A stretch of 64,000 bases of DNA from Clostridia bacterium (lineage in GTDB: Bacteria; Bacillota; Clostridia; Christensenellales; UBA1242). Within the stretch, counting starts at the first letter, position 1. Each line of letters opens with the position of its first letter. The position numbers and the translations under genes are program-made. The DNA is taken from assembly GCA_017467625.1 (NCBI GenBank), contig JAFUSN010000004.1, forward strand, positions 146,259-210,258, written 5' to 3'. The notes below the pieces were generated by a model. That model had not been told where the DNA came from. It saw only the letters and a program-made list of their open reading frames with translations, and searched no databases. Positions 36,532 through 46,066 of this stretch are shown piece after piece.

Positions 36532-38265
36532 ATGAAATTTAAATTAGCAATGACATTAAAGGAGCTCAAAAAAAGAACATCAAAATCAGCTTATCGACCA
36601 GTGAAATTTTTAAAATTAGATTCTCGTGAGGTAAAAAAGCTTTCAAATGATGATCTTTTAGTTTTAATGCATTTAACAAGGGCGGCCAAACAATTTGATG
36701 TAATAAATTTAAAACTTGAAAATCATCATAACCTTGAGTTCTTGGAATTTTTAAATAAAGAAATTGAAAACGGGAACAAAAAAGCAGTTCTTGCTAAAAA
36801 AATGTTTGATTCACAAAAAAGTATGTTTTCACCTGACGCTCTTGGAAATCAAACTAAACTTGTTTTAAATGTTGAAAGGACTGATGGGCAAGGTTATTTT
36901 CCTGAAGACTTGAAGGTTGCGGAGTTTCATGAAATTTTAAGCCGAATGCTTGATAGGGGTGAAATTGAAAAAGTTCGTGAAATTTTGAACCAGCGATCAA
37001 TTGTTGTTCGTGATGGAGATGAACTTGTTGCAATTGATTTTGTTGAGGCCCTTCCTGAATTTCAAATTGTTGCAGATGAACTTGAAAAGGCAATTCATTT
37101 TTCAAGCGACAAAAAATTTAACAAATATCTTGAACTTCAAGTAAAAGCGCTTCGCACCGCAGATCCAAAACTTGATGTTGAGGCAGATAAGGCTTGGGCA
37201 AAACTTGACGGTGGAAAATTTGAATTCACAATATGCCGTGAATGTTACACTGAAAAGTTGACTAAATCAATTTATGAAAATAAAGAACTTTTAAAGCGCA
37301 TTGAAGATGCTGGAATCACTGTTTATGCAAAAGACACTCTTGGTGCACGCGTTGGAATTGTGAATAAAGCTGGAACCAAACTTCTTAAAAAATTAAAACA
37401 GCTTTCAACCATTTCTGCAAAGTTTATGCCTTATCAAAATGAATATAAAACTGAAGATGAAACTGATGAAATTTCACAAACAGCTGTTGATGTTGACCTT
37501 ATAACTTTAACTGGTGATGAGGGTGCATATAGGGCAAGTTTGGTGCTTGCGCAAAATCTTCCAAATGATGACAAACCTTCGCTTGCAGCGGGTGGTGGCA
37601 GAAGGAATGTTTATCACAGGCAAGTTAGGTTGGGTGTAAATAAAAAACTATACAAAAATTTAATAAATGATGAGCAGTTTAAATATTTCAATCCAGATGC
37701 AGACCATTGGGCAGTTATTTGTCATGAAAACACACACTCGCTTGGTCCTCGTTCACATTCTTCTCTTGGGAAATTCAGTTCAATTCTTGAAGAGTATAAG
37801 GCCGATATGGGAATGTATGCCTTTTTAGATGAGTTTGTTGCAGCTGGTGCAATCACAGATGAGCAGAGCAAGGAAATTATTTTAACAAGTTTAACCTATG
37901 GTTTTTTAAAGGGGAAACCAACGCTTGATCAAGCACACAGAACAAGATCCGTTATGATTTGCAACAGAATGTTTACTGAAAAAGCAATCACACTTGATGA
38001 TGACGGAAAATTAAAATTCAATTTTGAAAAAGTTAAAGCAGTAACAAAACAAATGATGAGAGAAGTTATTCGTCTTCAAATTGATCGTGATGTTGAAAAA
38101 GCGAGAGAGTATGTTGAAAAGTGGTTTGTTTGGTCAAATGAAATTCAACATATTGCTGATATAATCAATAAGCTCAGCAAAAAACTTAACGGCTATTTAA
38201 GTCAGCCACTTGCAGATGCAATGCTTGAAGATAATTTTGAAGAAATTTTAAAAACGCGAAAATAA
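36532..38265 (+). CDS. Zinc metallopeptidase, M49 (dipeptidyl-peptidase III)-like
   Basis: HENTH (HExxH) followed by a second acidic motif EEYKAD, resembling the M49 HExxGH...EExxAE/D arrangement. 577 aa. Confidence 0.55.
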   Translation: MKFKLAMTLKELKKRTSKSAYRPVKFLKLDSREVKKLSNDDLLVLMHLTRAAKQFDVINLKLENHHNLEFLEFLNKEIENGNKKAVLAKKMFDSQKSMFSPDALGNQTKLVLNVERTDGQGYFPEDLKVAEFHEILSRMLDRGEIEKVREILNQRSIVVRDGDELVAIDFVEALPEFQIVADELEKAIHFSSDKKFNKYLELQVKALRTADPKLDVEADKAWAKLDGGKFEFTICRECYTEKLTKSIYENKELLKRIEDAGITVYAKDTLGARVGIVNKAGTKLLKKLKQLSTISAKFMPYQNEYKTEDETDEISQTAVDVDLITLTGDEGAYRASLVLAQNLPNDDKPSLAAGGGRRNVYHRQVRLGVNKKLYKNLINDEQFKYFNPDADHWAVICHENTHSLGPRSHSSLGKFSSILEEYKADMGMYAFLDEFVAAGAITDEQSKEIILTSLTYGFLKGKPTLDQAHRTRSVMICNRMFTEKAITLDDDGKLKFNFEKVKAVTKQMMREVIRLQIDRDVEKAREYVEKWFVWSNEIQHIADIINKLSKKLNGYLSQPLADAMLEDNFEEILKTRK

Positions 38266-38266
38266 A

Positions 38267-38292
38267 AGTGGAGGAAACCCTCCACTTTTTTT
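38267..38292 (+). terminator. Rho-independent terminator
   Basis: agtggagg-aaac-cctccact followed by a T-run. Confidence 0.8.
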
Positions 38293-38491
38293 ATCAAACC
38301 ATGGGGAAATCAAAATAAACCTTTGTGATTAAAATTTTTGAAATTTTATATATGAGAAAAATTCTCGCCAAAATCACACTGTTTATAGGTCAAGTTGACC
38401 TATTACATTATATGCAAAAAGGTATTCCATTTTGCACCAAATAAGTAAATTTATAAAAATAAAATAAATTTTGCAATTTTTTAGTTAAAAA

Positions 38492-38520
38492 TTGACAAAG
38501 AAAAATTAATAATGTATTAT
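38492..38520 (+). promoter_or_regulatory. Sigma-70-type promoter
   Basis: TTGACA, 17-nt spacer, TATTAT. AAAGGAG RBS before the ATG at 38547. Confidence 0.55.
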
Positions 38521-38546
38521 AAAAATAGAAAAAGGAGATTAAAAAA

Positions 38547-38885
38547 ATGGTTGATAACGGAAAACAAGTTAGAAAACAAATTTTTGATGTAATTGGAGGC
38601 ATTGCAGCATTTTTAACAGTTGTTGTATTTTTGTTGCTTGTAATCAATGCAAAGTGGGCATTTATTCCAGAAGGCAGCTTTGTTATGAATGTTTTGAATA
38701 TCTGCAAAACATGGGCTCCACTCGTAGTTGTTGCAATTGTTGGTCTTGAATTTGTTTCAACAAAACATTTTGTGTTCAGAATTCTTTTCTATGTTATGAT
38801 GGCTTTGGTTGTAATTTCAATGTTCTTCCCAAGCACATGGGAACAAGTTGTTGGATTCGTAAACAGAACAACTGGCGCAAACTAA
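38547..38885 (+). CDS. Small integral membrane protein (3-4 TM), unknown function
   Basis: 112 aa, hydrophobic, with a strong RBS and a downstream terminator. Confidence 0.6.
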   Translation: MVDNGKQVRKQIFDVIGGIAAFLTVVVFLLLVINAKWAFIPEGSFVMNVLNICKTWAPLVVVAIVGLEFVSTKHFVFRILFYVMMALVVISMFFPSTWEQVVGFVNRTTGAN

Positions 38886-38900
38886 TAAAAGCGAGAAAAA

Positions 38901-38927
38901 AGAGAAGCAAATTGCTTCTCTTTTTTT
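38901..38927. terminator. Bidirectional terminator
   Basis: agagaagca-aat-tgcttctct with flanking A-run and T-run. Confidence 0.75.
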
Positions 38928-38931
38928 GTGA

Positions 38932-40191
38932 TTATTTTTTCAAAAATTCTTTCATATAGGCCTTGTATTGTTCAACACCAGGTTGGTTGAATGGATTAAC
39001 ACCCAAAAGATAACCGCTAACGGCGCAAGTTAGTTCAAAGAAGTAAACGAGATATCCATAATAAACTTCGTCAATATCATCAATTTCAATAATAGCAATT
39101 GGAACGCCTGCTTCGCTGTGTGCTTTAATGGTTCCATCAAAACCAGCTCTTGAAAGTTCGCTAAATTTTTTCCCATCCAAAAACTTAATTGGGCTTCCAA
39201 GTGGAACATTCAAAATTTCATTATCTTTTTGAACATTTTTAACATCAATAAATGTTTCAGCCAAAATTGGTGAACCATCTTGAACAAACTGTCCAACAGA
39301 GTGAAGGTCAGTTGAGTAGGTTAAACTGGTAACAAACAGTCCTTTTTTGTCCTTACCTTCGCTTTCATCAAAAAGTTGTTGAAGCCAATCGCCAAATGAA
39401 CCAAAGCGTTTTGTGAATGATGTGAAAACTTCAACCTTTTTTCCAAGTTTTTTGTTTAAAAGGTGACGATAAATTGCATATTGATAAGCGGGATTGTTTT
39501 CAATGTTGTTTGTGAACAAATCGCTGTATGCAAAGCTTGCACCCTCCATAATTTTTTTAATGTTAACATCTGCAACAGCAAATGGCAAAAGTCCAACAGC
39601 TGACAAAACTGAATATCTTCCACCCATATTGTCAGGAACGCAAAGAGTTTCAAAACCTTCAAGGTTTGCACGCTCTCTTAAATAGCCTTTTTGTTTGTCT
39701 GTTGTGAAAATCATGCGCTTTTTATATTCGCTCTTATATTTGTTTTTCATAAAGCGTTCAATTATGTTAAGCGTGCTTAAAATTTCAACCGTTGTTCCAG
39801 ATTTTGAAATTACATTAACTGTAACATCTTTATCTTTAAGCAATTCAAGTTTTTCATTCAAGTCAAAGTAGTCCATATTCATTCCCACAAAAACAACTTC
39901 AACTTTGCTCTTTTTTGAAAGTAGCTCAAGCCCTGACCTTGCCCCTAAATATGAACCACCAATTCCAACAACCAAAAGTGCATCACTGTTTTCCTTTATT
40001 TCTTTTGAAAGTTTTAAAATTTTTGAAAACTCTTTTTTATCATAACAAAGTGGCCAATCAATCCAAGTTGTTCCAGGTGTGTGATCGCCGGAGTGCAAAA
40101 AGTCATGAATTTCATTTATCTTTTTTTGGTAGTCCCTTGAATAGATTTCATAGTCCTTTAATTTACTAAATTCTAAATTTACTTTTAACAT
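38932..40191 (-). CDS. pgi: Glucose-6-phosphate isomerase (short Bacillota type)
   Basis: 419 aa. VVGIGGSYLGAR, ISKSGTT.E and GGRYSVLSAVGLLP motifs. Confidence 0.9.
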   Translation of the reverse strand: MLKVNLEFSKLKDYEIYSRDYQKKINEIHDFLHSGDHTPGTTWIDWPLCYDKKEFSKILKLSKEIKENSDALLVVGIGGSYLGARSGLELLSKKSKVEVVFVGMNMDYFDLNEKLELLKDKDVTVNVISKSGTTVEILSTLNIIERFMKNKYKSEYKKRMIFTTDKQKGYLRERANLEGFETLCVPDNMGGRYSVLSAVGLLPFAVADVNIKKIMEGASFAYSDLFTNNIENNPAYQYAIYRHLLNKKLGKKVEVFTSFTKRFGSFGDWLQQLFDESEGKDKKGLFVTSLTYSTDLHSVGQFVQDGSPILAETFIDVKNVQKDNEILNVPLGSPIKFLDGKKFSELSRAGFDGTIKAHSEAGVPIAIIEIDDIDEVYYGYLVYFFELTCAVSGYLLGVNPFNQPGVEQYKAYMKEFLKK

Positions 40192-40200
40192 AAGTACCCC

Positions 40201-41127
40201 CTAAAATAAAAATCTTGCGCCAATAATTCCAGCGTCATTTGTAAATTTTGCAATCTTAATTTCAACTTTTTCATTGCCATGTCTTTTAAACACATGTTCA
40301 TTTACATATTTTGTAAGTGGCTTTAAAACCACATCTTTTTGTGCTGAAATTGCACCACCAATAATAATAACATCGGGATTAAGAGTGTTAACAATATTAA
40401 CAATTCCAGTCCCGGCGTATGTAATAAACCGATCAAAAACCTCTTTTGCAGTTTTGTCTTTATCTAAAAACTCAAAAATAGTTTTTCCAGAAATAGACTC
40501 TAGTGGGTAAGTGTTGAGAAGTGAGTTTGGATTGTTCTTCACAGCCTCCTTAGTTTGCCTAATAAGTGCCGCAGTGCTTGCCATGGTTTCATAGCAACCC
40601 TCTTCACCGCATGTACATTTAATTCCATTTGAAAATAGTTTCATGTGGCCAATTTCGCCAGAGTAGTTCACTGGCAACAGGTGGCCGTTAAGCGCAAATC
40701 CGCCGCCAACGCCGGTTCCAAAGGTAAACATAAATGCACTTCCAAAACCCTTTCCTGAACCCAAAATAAGTTCTGCAAGAGTTGCAGCGTCTGCATCGTT
40801 TGCAAGTTTGATTGGAACTTTAGTAAACTTTTTCATCTCCATTTCAAGTGGATAGTTCGTCAAATTTAAATTTCCTGCAAATTTAACAATTCCATTGGTT
40901 GAATCAATCATTCCAGGACAAGCCACTCCAAGCCCCAAGGCTTTTTTTAATTCAAAGCCCGACGAATTTTCAATGTTTTTCAGCAATATTATTATATTCT
41001 CTGCAAGTGAGTTTGTTTTTAAATTGGTGGGACACTTGTCTTTAAAAAGAATTTTTCCCTTTTCATCAACAACCCCAGCTTTTATGTATGTTCCACCAAC
41101 ATCAACGCAGTAATAAAAATTCTTCAT
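40201..41127 (-). CDS. glcK: ROK-family glucokinase
   Basis: CVDVGGTYIKAG ATP motif, GIGGGFALNG, and the ROK zinc motif GHM...CTCGEEGCYE. Confidence 0.85.
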   Translation of the reverse strand: MKNFYYCVDVGGTYIKAGVVDEKGKILFKDKCPTNLKTNSLAENIIILLKNIENSSGFELKKALGLGVACPGMIDSTNGIVKFAGNLNLTNYPLEMEMKKFTKVPIKLANDADAATLAELILGSGKGFGSAFMFTFGTGVGGGFALNGHLLPVNYSGEIGHMKLFSNGIKCTCGEEGCYETMASTAALIRQTKEAVKNNPNSLLNTYPLESISGKTIFEFLDKDKTAKEVFDRFITYAGTGIVNIVNTLNPDVIIIGGAISAQKDVVLKPLTKYVNEHVFKRHGNEKVEIKIAKFTNDAGIIGARFLF

Positions 41128-41207
41128 GAAATTCTCCTAATTTCATAATAACACAAATTTTGCAAAATTAAAAATTTTTTCCAACAAAAAAAGAATTAAA
41201 CTTATGT

Positions 41208-42095
41208 TTAATTCTTTTGCATCAAAAATTCAAGGAATTTTTTAGGGGCATATGAAATCTCATTTGTTAAGTAGCCACAATAAACATCAAGTTTTGGTGT
41301 TGAAAAAGCTAAATTAATTTTCTTAAGTTCGCCAGTGGCAAGGTCTTGGGCAACATAATCTTCTTGAATATACCCAACGCCATTTCCGTCTTTAACAAAT
41401 TTGATAACAGCATCTGCTGAAGCGGCTTCAATAATTGGATTAATTTTAATGTCAACATATGTCGATTTTAAAAGTTTAATTTCTTCAGAAGTTTGAGAAG
41501 TAATTATAAGCGGAAGGTTGTTAACGCCTTCAATCCCAAGGGTTTTTCCGGTGTAAAATTTATCTGTTGCAACAAAACAATGTTCGTATGATTTTATATA
41601 TGTTGTTTCAACTCTATTTTTTTCTCCAGTAACTGGGCTTGAATCAAAAATTATATCAAGGTTTTGAGAAGAGAGCATGTTGTTAAGTTCATTAATTGGT
41701 TTGTTTACAATTTCAATTTTAACATTTGGATGTTCTTTTCTAAACTCTGTTATAATTTTAGAAAGAAAAATAACTGAAATGTAAGCTGGTGCTCCAATTT
41801 TAACATAACCTGTGTTTAAGCCCGCCATATCGGTGATTGTGTGTTCACCCTTCCAAATTGAATTGAATGCACTTGAAATATATTTATAAAGTATATCTGC
41901 TTCATTAGTGGCATTCATACCATTTGCCTTTTTGTAAAACAATTGAATTCCAAGTTGCTTTTCAAGTTCTTTGATGTTGTGGCTAACTGCTGGTTGTGAA
42001 ATAAACAATGATTCAGCGGCTCTTGAAATGTTTTGGGTTTCATAAACCACCAAAAAACTTTTATATAAATTGTAATTAATATTAGAAAATTGCAT
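41208..42095 (-). CDS. LysR-family transcriptional regulator
   Basis: N-terminal wHTH ISRAAESLFISQPAVSHNIKELEKQLG. I prefer the start at MQFSNINY (42095) over the ORF-track start at 42119. Confidence 0.8.
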   Translation of the reverse strand: MQFSNINYNLYKSFLVVYETQNISRAAESLFISQPAVSHNIKELEKQLGIQLFYKKANGMNATNEADILYKYISSAFNSIWKGEHTITDMAGLNTGYVKIGAPAYISVIFLSKIITEFRKEHPNVKIEIVNKPINELNNMLSSQNLDIIFDSSPVTGEKNRVETTYIKSYEHCFVATDKFYTGKTLGIEGVNNLPLIITSQTSEEIKLLKSTYVDIKINPIIEAASADAVIKFVKDGNGVGYIQEDYVAQDLATGELKKINLAFSTPKLDVYCGYLTNEISYAPKKFLEFLMQKN

Positions 42096-42168
42096 AATTA
42101 TCCTCACTTTATAAAACAAATTTATTATAAATCAAAATAATTATGATGTCAATATTCATAAACAAAAT

Positions 42169-44154
42169 TTATTGATTGTTCTTGTCATCAAAATAAGTTT
42201 CAAGTTTTGAAAGAAACTCAGTTTTTTCCGTCCATTCATCGGCAAGTTTATCAACTGAAATTTGAGTCCTTTCAATTTCTGCTTGAATTTCCATAAGCTT
42301 TTTAAAATCGCTAGCAATTTCAGGATTTACAAAGTTTTCATTTAATTTTTTTAAATTTTCCTCTAATTTTGCAGAATTTTCTTCAATTTTTGCAATTCTT
42401 GCTTTAAGTTTATTTTTTTCTTTTGAAGCTAAATATGGTGACATTGTTTTAATTTCATCATCAGAATCTGGCTCGCCATAGTTTTCAGGGTATTCAATTT
42501 TTTCTGGTTTCTCTTCAAACAGTGCTTTGTTTAAATCTTTCACTTGGCGGGTGTAAGGTTCAGAAAATTCTGTATATGTTCCATTAAAAAATTGAGCGCT
42601 ATTTTCAGTAAAAACTAAAAGTTTTGTTGCAATTTTTTGAATGAAATATCTATCATGTGAAACAAATATAATTGTTCCCGTGTAATTGAGAAGTATGTTT
42701 TCAAGTGTTTCCTTTGAAATAATATCCATGTGGTTAGTTGGTTCGTCTAAAATTAATAGGTTTGGTTTCTTTTCAAAAATTTTTGCAAGTTCAAACCTAA
42801 CAAGTTCACCACCTGAAAGAGTTTTCATTTCTTTTAACACGTCTTTTCCTGAAAACAAAAATGCACCCAGGCTCGTTCTAATGTCATTTGATGACAAATC
42901 GGGAAAAGCTTTTTGAAATTCATCAAAAATTGTGGTTTTTGAATCATATTTTGAAGATAATTGTTCAAAATAAGCAGGTTCAACATTAAACCCAAATTTA
43001 AAATGTCCAGAAATAGGTTCAATTTTTCCCATAATTGTTTGAAGAAAGGTTGATTTTCCAAGTCCATTACCACCAATAATTCCCAGGCGGTCGCCCCTTT
43101 GAATTTTGAAATCAATTGTGGCTAGTGGGTTTAAATTTGAATAGCCAATAACCAGTTTATTGCAAGTTAAAACATCTGTTCCACTAACAACATTTGGATT
43201 TATTTTTGTATGAAAAGGCCTTCCATCGGCCTTTTGTGGTGGGGGAATAATTTCAAGTTTTTCTAAATATTTGATTCTTGATTGAACCGCATTGGCTTTT
43301 GTTGCTTTATATCTAAAGCGCTCAATAAATTCATTAATATCAGCAATTTCACGCTGTTGCGCTTCATATTTTTTCAAATTTTGTTCATAGTTTGCATTTT
43401 TTGTTTCAATAAATTTTGAGTAATTTCCAATATATTTTGTAAGTTTTTTATACTCAATTTCATAAATAGTGTTAACTGTGTTATCTAAAAATGTTCTATC
43501 ATGAGAAACAATTAAAACAGCGCCCTTGTAAAGTGAAATATATTCTTCAAGCCATGTGACTGCGCGAATGTCTAAATGGTTTGTTGGTTCATCTAAAAGC
43601 AAAAGGTCGGGCTTTGAAAGGACGAGTTTAATAAATGCAATTTTTGTTTTTTGACCGCCAGAAAATTGATTTAAATTTTTGCCCTTGTCATCTTCGCTAA
43701 AACCAAAAGATGAAAGTGCTTTGTTGAGTTCTGCAGAATACGAATATCCTCCAAGCATTTCAAATTGGTCGTGGAGTGAAGAAAATTCGTTGATAAGTGA
43801 TTCTGAATAATTATTTTCCAATTTTTCCTGTATTTTTTGCAGTTTATTTTCAATTTTTATAATTTTTTCATAGCACTTCAACATTTCATCCCAAAGTGAA
43901 ATATTCTCGTTATCAAAAGTCATTTGTTTAAGTGATGAAATTGTTGGTTTTCCAACAATAGAAAAAACTGGCGGCATGTTGTCTTCTTGATGAAGTTCAA
44001 TTTCACCAGTCAAAATTTTAAGCAGGGTTGTTTTACCACTGCCATTTTTACCAATAATTGCAATTTTATCGCCAGTGTTAACTTCAAAATTCACATTTTC
44101 AAAAAGTGTTTCACCGCCAAACCCAAAAGTTCCATTAGTAATTTTTATCTGCAT
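42169..44154 (-). CDS. ABC-F family ATPase (two ABC cassettes, C-terminal coiled coil)
   Basis: Two Walker A sites (GKNGSGKTT; GGNGLGKST), two signatures (FSGGQKTK; LSGGELVR), no TM domain. Start at MQIKITNG (44154) with an AGGAA RBS. Confidence 0.85.
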   Translation of the reverse strand: MQIKITNGTFGFGGETLFENVNFEVNTGDKIAIIGKNGSGKTTLLKILTGEIELHQEDNMPPVFSIVGKPTISSLKQMTFDNENISLWDEMLKCYEKIIKIENKLQKIQEKLENNYSESLINEFSSLHDQFEMLGGYSYSAELNKALSSFGFSEDDKGKNLNQFSGGQKTKIAFIKLVLSKPDLLLLDEPTNHLDIRAVTWLEEYISLYKGAVLIVSHDRTFLDNTVNTIYEIEYKKLTKYIGNYSKFIETKNANYEQNLKKYEAQQREIADINEFIERFRYKATKANAVQSRIKYLEKLEIIPPPQKADGRPFHTKINPNVVSGTDVLTCNKLVIGYSNLNPLATIDFKIQRGDRLGIIGGNGLGKSTFLQTIMGKIEPISGHFKFGFNVEPAYFEQLSSKYDSKTTIFDEFQKAFPDLSSNDIRTSLGAFLFSGKDVLKEMKTLSGGELVRFELAKIFEKKPNLLILDEPTNHMDIISKETLENILLNYTGTIIFVSHDRYFIQKIATKLLVFTENSAQFFNGTYTEFSEPYTRQVKDLNKALFEEKPEKIEYPENYGEPDSDDEIKTMSPYLASKEKNKLKARIAKIEENSAKLEENLKKLNENFVNPEIASDFKKLMEIQAEIERTQISVDKLADEWTEKTEFLSKLETYFDDKNNQ

Positions 44155-44263
44155 ACTTGTTCCTTTATACGCAAACATTGTATAACAAACTAATTTTTTT
44201 CGCAAGTTGTAAATATTGTTTTAAATTATGAAATTGATTCTGCTTGAAGTGTTTACTAAAAGG

Positions 44264-44292
44264 CAATAAAAAAAGTAGGTTGAACCTACTTT
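44264..44292 (-). terminator. Rho-independent terminator after degV
   Basis: aaagtaggt-tga-acctacttt, with a T-run on the minus strand. Confidence 0.7.
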
Positions 44293-44295
44293 TAC

Positions 44296-45144
44296 TTATT
44301 TATTTCCGCCATCATTGATATAAAGCACTCCCAAAACATGTTCACCGCAGTGTGAAGTTATTGTTCCACCTGCCGTGGTTTCATAAATTGTTTCAAACCC
44401 CGCCGCAACCAGTGCGGTTTTTGCAGCTTCAATCATTTCTGGAGTTGCGGTTGTGTAAGTTATGAAAGCCACTGATTTATCTGGATTGTTAAATTCTTCA
44501 ATTGTGTCTTTTGTATATTCTGCAATAACCTTATTCATTTTTCCACGATATTTTTTTGCTGGTTTCATTTTTCCATCAACAAGTTTAATTTGTGGGCGAA
44601 GCCTAAGTAGGTTTGCTCCAAGAAGAGCAATTGCGTTACATCTTCCGCCCTTGTAAAGGTAATCAAGTCTTTCAACAACAAAACTTGCTTGAACAAAAGG
44701 AACTCTTGCTTGAACCATATCGGCAACTTCTTTAGCAGTGTGTCCAGCATCAATCAATTTTCTTGCATAAAGAACCAATAGACCAATTCCAGTTGAAAGT
44801 GATTTTGAATCAACAACAAAAACATTTTTAACGCGTTTTGCAGCCGCTTCTGCATGTTCCACTGATGAAGTGATTCCACCTGAAAGGGTGATGTGAACAA
44901 CTGCATCATGAGTTTTTAATAATTTTTCAAAGTACTCAGCATAAACATCTTCATTAATTGCACTGGTTTTTGGAAGTTTTTTTGTTCTTTCAACAAATTC
45001 GAAAATTCTTTGTGGAATTCCTTCACCATCAACAACTTCTTCATCACCTAAAATGATGGTGTATGGAATAACTGAAACTCTGTTTGTTTTAATAAGTTCA
45101 TTTGAAAGGTCACAGGTAGATTCTGTGGAAAGTGCAATTTTCAT
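44296..45144 (-). CDS. degV: DegV-family fatty-acid-binding protein
   Basis: 282 aa. MKIALSTESTCDL..., TSAINEDVY and SGGITSS patterns typical of DegV. Confidence 0.8.
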   Translation of the reverse strand: MKIALSTESTCDLSNELIKTNRVSVIPYTIILGDEEVVDGEGIPQRIFEFVERTKKLPKTSAINEDVYAEYFEKLLKTHDAVVHITLSGGITSSVEHAEAAAKRVKNVFVVDSKSLSTGIGLLVLYARKLIDAGHTAKEVADMVQARVPFVQASFVVERLDYLYKGGRCNAIALLGANLLRLRPQIKLVDGKMKPAKKYRGKMNKVIAEYTKDTIEEFNNPDKSVAFITYTTATPEMIEAAKTALVAAGFETIYETTAGGTITSHCGEHVLGVLYINDGGNK

Positions 45145-45902
45145 AAATTCTCCTTTATAGCACTGTTAAAATTTTCGGCTTTTGGTTTGTTTGGTGCATT
45201 TCTTTCATCTGCCAAAAGTTTATCTTTTAATGCTCTCGCATTACAAATTTCTCGTGTTTCGTTTGTAATATCCACTTCAACACTTTTTCCAGTTTCTGCC
45301 TCATAAATTTGAAGCGTTTCATATGTAAAAATATAAATGTAGTTATACCTTTTTTCATATTTTCTTTTATCAAAATTGCGAATTAGGTTTCCAATTGTGG
45401 TGGTGTCACAGCCGGCAGATAAATTTATTGCAAAAATAAACAAGTCATTTTCATCAAATTGTTCGTATTCTTGCAATTTTTTATATTTAATTTCAAGAGT
45501 TCTTGCGATTCCTGAAAGTCCTTTTTTGATTGTGCGTTCGCCCCTTGAACCTAAAACAATTAAATTTCCATGCTTATTCACCCCAATAATACCCTTTAAA
45601 ATTGTTGGCACATGTGAGGCAAGTCCTTCAATTGACATTTTAGAACTTGAAGCAAACCGTCTAAACCTTGCAAGCGCATTACGATAAGTGTCCATCAGCG
45701 TTGTAACTTCAATGCCAATGCTTGGTGTTGGGTTTGATCCTACTTCATGGCGTGATTCAAGCTGAATATCTGGTTTGTCACGAACAACGGCAAATTTAAA
45801 CTCAGGGCTATACTCTTCCATTAAATATTTGGCATAGCTTTCATTAAAACATTTATTATTGATTGCAATTTCGAAATCATTTTTTGTTTGCTGTTCACCC
45901 AT
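45141..45902 (-). CDS. Hypothetical protein (possible PD-(D/E)xK-like core), translationally coupled to degV
   Basis: 253 aa. VVRDKPDIQLES....IGIEVTT resembles a PD...ExK-type motif but lacks the Lys. ATGA overlap with degV. Confidence 0.45.
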   Translation of the reverse strand: MGEQQTKNDFEIAINNKCFNESYAKYLMEEYSPEFKFAVVRDKPDIQLESRHEVGSNPTPSIGIEVTTLMDTYRNALARFRRFASSSKMSIEGLASHVPTILKGIIGVNKHGNLIVLGSRGERTIKKGLSGIARTLEIKYKKLQEYEQFDENDLFIFAINLSAGCDTTTIGNLIRNFDKRKYEKRYNYIYIFTYETLQIYEAETGKSVEVDITNETREICNARALKDKLLADERNAPNKPKAENFNSAIKENL

Positions 45903-46066
45903 ATTTTCATTATATCATATATTTTTTAAATGTTAAACATTTTTATTTAAATTTTATGCTTGAAAAGAATAGATATGCCGCTTTTAATTTGAAAATTATC
46001 ATAAAATTTGTTATAATTAAAAGTGTTAAAAATCAATTTTAACTAATACAGTAGAAGGAAATATTT

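Noticed and set aside
38408-38707. 99-aa minus-strand ORF
   Set aside because: It is antisense to the promoter, RBS and 5' half of the small membrane-protein gene, which has much better start signals.
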